Positions 58,753 through 64,000 of a stretch of 64,000 nt of DNA are shown here, piece by piece; within the stretch, counting starts at the first letter, position 1, and each line of letters starts with the position of its first letter. Source of the DNA: a virus; IMG/VR virus record IMGVR_UViG_3300031722_000008, positions 96,541 to 160,540 of that record. One strand, 5' to 3'. A model generated the notes under the pieces. That model was not told where the DNA came from, made no database searches, and saw only the letters and a program-made list of their open reading frames with translations. The position numbers and the translations under genes are program-made.

Positions 58753-59547
58753 TTATTCACCACCTATAATTGGAATTTTATAAAATAGACTTGCTTCTGG
58801 TATTTTATTCATAGAAATTGTTTGCCTTAAAAGAAAGCCATTTTTATAACTTGGTTGCCATGACATCACCGTTGCTCTGTCTTTTGTCATGGTGTCAACT
58901 ATAATATCATTCTCTTGAATTAATGGATATCCTACAGTCCAGAATTGAACTTGTGATTCTTCTTGAGTTGTTCCTGATGGATTCATACCTTCAGTTAATG
59001 AAGAAGCATTTGCAAAATTAACTTTGATTGGAATTGGAGGATAATATCCCCCCTTAAATCCAGTACCAAAGCATATAGTACATCTATCTGCCTCTCTAGA
59101 ACCTCTAACATCATCATAACACTCGCATCGTTCTCCACTTCTAATTCTTTTAAGTAGGTACATTTTCCTATTATTAGTGACATTATCTAAATAAACATTA
59201 TACACAAAATTTAAATAATAAGAATAATTATCAGCATTTATTGATGGTGTTGAGAAAAAATCTGAAAAAATAAATTCATTCGTATCTAAATTAACAGCTT
59301 TTATTTTATAGTATTGATGTATTTCTTCATTTAATAAATTTGCTGAATAATCGTTAAATTCAAAATTTTTGATATCACAATAAATAACTTTGAAATCTCC
59401 ATTCTCTGCAAGGCTCATATATAAATCAAATCTATATCTTGTTAAATCTTCCACCGTATCTTCTAGTGAAAAAGATATATTTATAAAATCTACACCAAAC
59501 GATGCATCAGCTTTTAATTCTTTGAAACTAATCAAAATAATATCCAA
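58753..59547 (-). CDS. neck / head-closure protein with Zn-finger insert
   Basis: RCECYD...RCTICFGTGFKGGY...YPLIQENDIIV. Confidence 0.6.
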   Translation of the reverse strand: MDIILISFKELKADASFGVDFINISFSLEDTVEDLTRYRFDLYMSLAENGDFKVIYCDIKNFEFNDYSANLLNEEIHQYYKIKAVNLDTNEFIFSDFFSTPSINADNYSYYLNFVYNVYLDNVTNNRKMYLLKRIRSGERCECYDDVRGSREADRCTICFGTGFKGGYYPPIPIKVNFANASSLTEGMNPSGTTQEESQVQFWTVGYPLIQENDIIVDTMTKDRATVMSWQPSYKNGFLLRQTISMNKIPEASLFYKIPIIGGE

Positions 59548-60037
59548 ATTCAGAACTAATACCTACGAAGATACTTGGACTATTAGTTCCGATATAAGCT
59601 GCTTTGAATTCAGCTTTATCTCTCATATAATTTTGTAATAAGAAACCTGCCCAACCTTGATATTCTGGAGACTTATTGAATAGAGCTATTGATAATCCAG
59701 AATCACTGTAATCAACCTTATTGCTTAATTGCAATATTCCCTCAGCAATCATGGAGAATACAACAGTGCCATCAATTAAAAGTGAATCATCAGTAAAGTC
59801 ATAAATGGTAAATTTGGTTAATGGCTGTCCACCATTGATATCTTTTATGGCTCTTTCGAGCAATTTGATTACTTGTTTATCTGAATATCTACTTGTTTTT
59901 TTATTTAAAATATTTCTTTCAGGATCATCATCACTGATAGAAACTCTGAATAAATCTATTAAAGAAGTTAATCTTTCTTTTTGCTCATCAGTATAATTTC
60001 CATCGAGAGAATATTTCCTTTTCATAACTATAGGCAT
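59528..60037 (-). CDS. head-tail adaptor-like protein
   Basis: FRVSISDDDPERN...YSDSGLSI; position after head genes. Confidence 0.55.
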   Translation of the reverse strand: MPIVMKRKYSLDGNYTDEQKERLTSLIDLFRVSISDDDPERNILNKKTSRYSDKQVIKLLERAIKDINGGQPLTKFTIYDFTDDSLLIDGTVVFSMIAEGILQLSNKVDYSDSGLSIALFNKSPEYQGWAGFLLQNYMRDKAEFKAAYIGTNSPSIFVGISSEFGYYFD

Positions 60038-60588
60038 TATAGCACCGTCCTTTCGAATGATACTGAAATAAAGCCATCTTTCTCAAAAGTAAAAAAGTAT
60101 GTTCCTTGAGGGATCATCATACTCCATTCACCTGTCTGATTTGATTGAGATACACCAATTATTTCTTTGGTATCTTTATTGTAACATGATATTTTTACTC
60201 CTATTATTGGATTACTATTAATATCTAATAATATTGAGTTTGTACCATCTTGATTTAAAAATAAAGAGCTATCTATTTTGATAGGTATTCCACCATTTTC
60301 TTTCATAGACTCAATACCTATTATTTGGCTATAAATATTATTTGTAGCACGTATTGTTAATGAAAAAATCGATTCTGTTTCTGGAACAAATACAAATGAA
60401 TATACTCCACTACCGATATGAGGCATAGTGATTTCACATTCATCTTCTGTCCATATTATTCCATTGAAATAAATTTTTCTTCTTGTATCATAAATAGATA
60501 CTATGACTGTATCATCTCCAACCAGTCCTCCGGTTGAATCTGTTATCGTGGCTTGAACTTGATATTCTTGCCCAACATCAACGAACAT
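60037..60588 (-). CDS. virion protein with two Ig/prealbumin-like beta domains
   Basis: NPIIGVKIS...SNQTGEWSMMIPQGTYFFTFEKDGF. Confidence 0.55.
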   Translation of the reverse strand: MFVDVGQEYQVQATITDSTGGLVGDDTVIVSIYDTRRKIYFNGIIWTEDECEITMPHIGSGVYSFVFVPETESIFSLTIRATNNIYSQIIGIESMKENGGIPIKIDSSLFLNQDGTNSILLDINSNPIIGVKISCYNKDTKEIIGVSQSNQTGEWSMMIPQGTYFFTFEKDGFISVSFERTVL

Positions 60589-60608
60589 AAAATCACCAAC
60601 CTTTCATA

Positions 60609-61136
60609 TTATTTAGTAGCTGTTTTCTTTTGACCCTTTTTTTCTTCAACCTTTTCTTCTACTTTTTCTTCTACTTTTTCTTCAACCTTTTCTTCAACCT
60701 TTTCTTCAACCTTTTCTTCAACCTTTTCTTCAACCTTTTCTTCAACCTTTTCTTCAACCTTTTCTTCAACCTTTTCTTCTACTTTTTCTTCTATATTTAC
60801 AGAAGCTGATTCACCCTCTACCTTATCTTCTACCTTATCTTCTACCTTATCTTCTGCATCAACACCTGGTGCGTTTAGAGAAGCAACTTCTTCTTCCACT
60901 GCTACTTTATCAGCATTAATATCAATTCCTCTTGATGATAAGAATCTAGCATAATTGTCTTCTGTGATTTTAAACCATCCGCTTTCTTCTCCATTTTTTA
61001 AGAACTTAAATGTTTTTTCATCAACATTAGCAACTTTAGCTGGTAAATTTGGTAGGAAAGGAATCCCTCCAACCATTACTCCTCTTCTTTCTCTTCCTGT
61101 GTATTGTCCTTTAATTGTTATAACTTTTAATATCAT
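60609..61136 (-). CDS. head-associated protein with EEKV repeat tail
   Basis: Directly after MCP; start placed at ATG 61136; (EDKV)3 and (EEKV)12. Confidence 0.7.
   Translation of the reverse strand: MILKVITIKGQYTGRERRGVMVGGIPFLPNLPAKVANVDEKTFKFLKNGEESGWFKITEDNYARFLSSRGIDINADKVAVEEEVASLNAPGVDAEDKVEDKVEDKVEGESASVNIEEKVEEKVEEKVEEKVEEKVEEKVEEKVEEKVEEKVEEKVEEKVEEKVEEKKGQKKTATK
60639..60791 (-). repeat. 12-bp coding tandem repeat (EEKV), about 12.75 copies
   Basis: TTTTCTTCAACC / TTTTCTTCTACT units on the + strand. Confidence 0.95.
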
Positions 61137-61157
61137 TTTTATTTCCCCTTTCAAAAT

Positions 61158-61195
61158 TAATATAGGAGTAAGGCATCTGCCTTACTCCTATATTA
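61158..61195 (-). terminator. hairpin / terminator after major capsid gene
   Basis: TAATATAGGAGTAAGGCA-tc-TGCCTTACTCCTATATTA. Confidence 0.8.
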
Positions 61196-61206
61196 TAAAC
61201 TTAAAA

Positions 61207-62238
61207 CTATCTTCCTTCAAGAGAACCGTAACCTTTTGTTTCAGTTTCAAATCCCTTAGCCATAATATCTTCATCGTAGAATGCAATTTTATCTGATCCA
61301 TCAACGAATTCAAGAATTAATTTTGCAACAGCTTTTTGAGAAGCTAAATACATTCCTATGAATTCAAACATGAATAATCCTTGTTCAAGCTTGTTTGTTA
61401 CTTGAGTAAGTCTTACTGTTAAATCCTTTAATACTGGCATTCTACCAACATATTGAGGTTCAGCATAAGCATAAACTACATTTTCATTAACAATTCTTGA
61501 TGGGATTAATTTAATACCACCCCAGATTGAATACTTAGCTCCTGATTCCAATATTTCTCTTTGAGTTAATTGGTCGATTTCAGTTGTAGCCCAAGTTAAG
61601 ATATCATCAATTCTGATTTGATTCATAACGAAATTAGATAATGGAACATCATGTCTAGAAAGACATTTCTTTAATTCTACTAAATGATTTTTAGATAGAA
61701 TTGTATCAGCAGATGTTACTATTTGCTTAATATTTTCTGGAACTTTAGCTGTTCCATTACCTAATATTAATTTTTCAGTAAGATCAAGTAATTTTGTATC
61801 TTCTGCTTTTACCATAGATTGAGAACTTAATTCTCTAACTCTTTCTAAGTAGTTAAACTTTTGAACTAATAATCTCTTAAGATTAATAGTTGTATCATCT
61901 GAACTGATAGTGATGATACCAACGTTAACTCCGTCACCTTCAATTTGGTAACGAGGAACTTGCATATCGTCACCATAGAACGCAGAGTGTGAATCAAAAT
62001 CTTTAGGGTAGTAAACATAAGGTTCATTGTTAATCATTTGAACTTCGTCACCTGTAACATTATGAACAACTAAGATCTGTCTACCGAAAGATTCATAATC
62101 TCTTGTCTCTCTAATAAATTGTGGTAATTTTTCTGATGCAAATTTTTCAAAAGCACCAGGTGTCTCCAATAATCTAGATACATTATAATCAGCTGAATTC
62201 GTTTCAGCCGCTGTTTTTATAGCCATTATTCCTGCCAT
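61207..62238 (-). CDS. major capsid protein
   Basis: 343 aa, HK97-like layout (IRETRDYESFGRQIL...KAEDTKLL...FVMN...IWGGIKLIPS...YVGRMPV...FEFIGM); followed by a strong hairpin. Confidence 0.8.
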   Translation of the reverse strand: MAGIMAIKTAAETNSADYNVSRLLETPGAFEKFASEKLPQFIRETRDYESFGRQILVVHNVTGDEVQMINNEPYVYYPKDFDSHSAFYGDDMQVPRYQIEGDGVNVGIITISSDDTTINLKRLLVQKFNYLERVRELSSQSMVKAEDTKLLDLTEKLILGNGTAKVPENIKQIVTSADTILSKNHLVELKKCLSRHDVPLSNFVMNQIRIDDILTWATTEIDQLTQREILESGAKYSIWGGIKLIPSRIVNENVVYAYAEPQYVGRMPVLKDLTVRLTQVTNKLEQGLFMFEFIGMYLASQKAVAKLILEFVDGSDKIAFYDEDIMAKGFETETKGYGSLEGR

Positions 62239-62259
62239 TTTTAATCCATCCCCTCTCTA

Positions 62260-62655
62260 TTATACTGTTATTCTTAAGAATCCATTTACAGGTTTGCCAA
62301 TAGCATAACCTACAATTAATTCTCCTGCTGCTGCTGGACATACATTTCCAGCTACAACTGTTAATGGTGTCATATCATCTGAATAAGTCTTAGTTGTATC
62401 AAATTTGTTTGTAGAAACAATTAAGTTACCAACTAAGAATGAAATTTTCCCTACTATTCTTCCGCTAACTTGATCTCTTCCTGGTCTATTTGAACCAATT
62501 GCCATAAAAGCTTTTACATCAGCCTTATTAGCTAAAACTAATTTCCCCGCTTTAATTGTTACGAATTGACCTTCTTCTACTACCACTCCTGGAGTTAAGT
62601 CCATTGAAGCATCTCTGTATGAATATTCGTCAAATCTTTTCTCTGCTCTAATCAT
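62260..62655 (-). CDS. capsid decoration / cement protein
   Basis: 131 aa, beta/Gly-rich, immediately upstream of MCP. Confidence 0.6.
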   Translation of the reverse strand: MIRAEKRFDEYSYRDASMDLTPGVVVEEGQFVTIKAGKLVLANKADVKAFMAIGSNRPGRDQVSGRIVGKISFLVGNLIVSTNKFDTTKTYSDDMTPLTVVAGNVCPAAAGELIVGYAIGKPVNGFLRITV

Positions 62656-62676
62656 TTAATATTCACTCCCTTTAAA

Positions 62677-63144
62677 TTATTTTACATATTCCTCTAATGC
62701 TGAGTTTAAATTTTCTTTCCCTTTAATATTATTACCCTGATATAAAAAAGTCAAATCTGATAAACCTTCGTTAGCTGTTTTGACTGGTATACGATTTATA
62801 GTATCCTCCATAACATCGAGTGCATCGCTTGCTATTTTCATTAACTCGTCTTTTTTAGACTTTATATCAGATTTTTTGATTAATCCCTTATTGAACATGG
62901 AATCAGTCAAATTATCTACTTTGTCCTTTTTTACTGCAAGTTCTTTTTCTTTCTTATAGCTACTGATTTCAGATTCCAAACTTGCAACTTTTTGATTTAG
63001 ACCCTTTATGTCTTCGGCAGCAACTTTTAACATTGTTGATGCTAATTTTAAAACTTTTTTTTGTTCTGCTGCCGTTTTTTCCATATCTTGAATTTCTATG
63101 CAGTTAGCAATTTTATTTATTAAATTTTCCTTATCATTACCCAT
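62677..63144 (-). CDS. scaffold-like coiled-coil head protein
   Basis: Helical and charged; seven K-x-A-[SAN] motifs. Confidence 0.55.
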   Translation of the reverse strand: MGNDKENLINKIANCIEIQDMEKTAAEQKKVLKLASTMLKVAAEDIKGLNQKVASLESEISSYKKEKELAVKKDKVDNLTDSMFNKGLIKKSDIKSKKDELMKIASDALDVMEDTINRIPVKTANEGLSDLTFLYQGNNIKGKENLNSALEEYVK

Positions 63145-63619
63145 TCATATCACCATCTCCCTTGTTGCCTAAAAGATGATTTGCAAGTGTCATAGAACCA
63201 ACAAATGGCACAACCTTATCTTTACTTTTAGATAGAGGATTCAATGCTCCAGTAGATTTAACTTTAATATATTCGCTTGGTAATCCATTCTTTCCTTCGT
63301 TCTTTAAGATATCATGTTCTTGCACGAAAGAATTTTTTAAAGATTGAGATATCTTCCCTTTTCTCTTGTCGAGAAAATCATACGCCTTTCCTCCAGCTTT
63401 CATATCAATATCCGTAAGCTTTCTTTGGAAATTTTTGTAAGTAGGATTATTACCAGCTTTATTTTTAGTTAAAAAATCCAATATCATTGAACCAGTGCCA
63501 TTCTTAGCAAACATAGTATCATCAATTATCTTTTTGTGATCTCCCTTAATCCCACTTTTAGCTAAAGTAGAGGCAAAATCCTCAATTGATTTTACTGGAA
63601 CACTAGCCTCCTTCTTCAT
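63137..63619 (-). CDS. hypothetical basic head-module protein
   Basis: 160 aa, Lys-rich, overlaps the next gene. Confidence 0.65.
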   Translation of the reverse strand: MKKEASVPVKSIEDFASTLAKSGIKGDHKKIIDDTMFAKNGTGSMILDFLTKNKAGNNPTYKNFQRKLTDIDMKAGGKAYDFLDKRKGKISQSLKNSFVQEHDILKNEGKNGLPSEYIKVKSTGALNPLSKSKDKVVPFVGSMTLANHLLGNKGDGDMNG

Positions 63620-63623
63620 ATTA

Positions 63624-64000
63624 TTATCCTAATTTTTCTGATAAAGTACTTAAAATTTCATCGGCAACTTGAAGTATTGGTTTGTCTGATAAGGAAGCTA
63701 ACTTCTCTGCATTTTCAGCTATAAATAATGAAACTTCTTCGTTTGCGCATTTTTCAAATACGAAATCTGCAACAGAAAAACCATTAGATGCTAATTTTTG
63801 TTCTGCTAATTCATATGCTTGCTTAATGACTTCTTCATCTTTTTCGCAATCATCAGCAGATTCTTTCTCTTCTTTATCTTTCTCTTCTTTGTCCTTTTCA
63901 GAATCATCAGCAGATTCTTTCTCTTCTTTATCTTTCTCTTCTTTGTCCTTTTCAGAATCATCAGCAGATTCTTTCTCTTCTTTATCTTTCTCTTCTTTGT
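63624..64000 (-). CDS. acidic scaffold-like protein, C-terminal part (truncated by window edge; not in ORF track)
   Basis: Open frame ...DKEEKDKEEKESADDCEKDEEVIKQAYELAEQKLASNGF...STLSEKLG*. Confidence 0.75.
   Translation of the reverse strand, partial: KEEKDKEEKESADDSEKDKEEKDKEEKESADDSEKDKEEKDKEEKESADDCEKDEEVIKQAYELAEQKLASNGFSVADFVFEKCANEEVSLFIAENAEKLASLSDKPILQVADEILSTLSEKLG
63848..64000 (-). repeat. 54-bp coding tandem repeat (DKEEKDKEEKESADDSEK), at least 2.8 copies
   Basis: Identical units start at 63848, 63902 and 63956. Confidence 0.95.

Noticed and set aside
60639-64000. CRISPR-like arrays at the 12-bp and 54-bp repeats
   Set aside because: Head-to-tail repeats without unique spacers, in frame within coding sequence; no cas genes.
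1-64000. Stop-codon reassignment as in some large phages
   Set aside because: Genes are long and tightly packed under the standard code, and TAA, TAG and TGA all occur as stops next to downstream starts.

Overview
This AT-rich window is part of a large, apparently lytic contractile-tailed (myovirus-type) phage. The host is probably a Clostridium-like Firmicute, inferred from the style of the amidase and cell-wall-binding repeats. It uses the standard genetic code. I see no tRNA, CRISPR array, integrase or intein. Two gene blocks converge on a bidirectional terminator at 27020-27054. The + strand block (1-27029) carries replication and early genes: a DnaE-type polymerase, an SbcC/Rad50 apparently split into pieces, a primase-helicase fusion, an SF2 helicase, a GHKL ATPase, a J-domain-like protein, a membrane-anchored glucosaminidase and many hypotheticals. 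The - strand block (27058-64000) carries head, neck, sheath, tube, tail chaperones with a -1 frameshift, tape measure, baseplate (with an embedded sigma factor), tail fibres and lysis genes. The most striking uncharacterised element is 9000-14471. Seven tandem, highly diverged acidic paralogs each carry a Q-x-x-M-F motif resembling the beta-clamp-binding motif, and they are flanked by two proteins whose sequence patterns resemble DnaN sliding-clamp domains. The phage DnaE itself lacks the usual QxxLF motif. Other notable items are a 16-bp motif (GTATAAGATATTAAAG) repeated three times, one copy preceding a candidate structured small RNA; a perfect 58-bp palindrome; a 31 x 9-residue Cys/Asn solenoid in a tail fibre; and a papain-like peptidase-SPOR fusion in the lysis cassette. 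All functional calls come from motif recognition by eye, not database searches.
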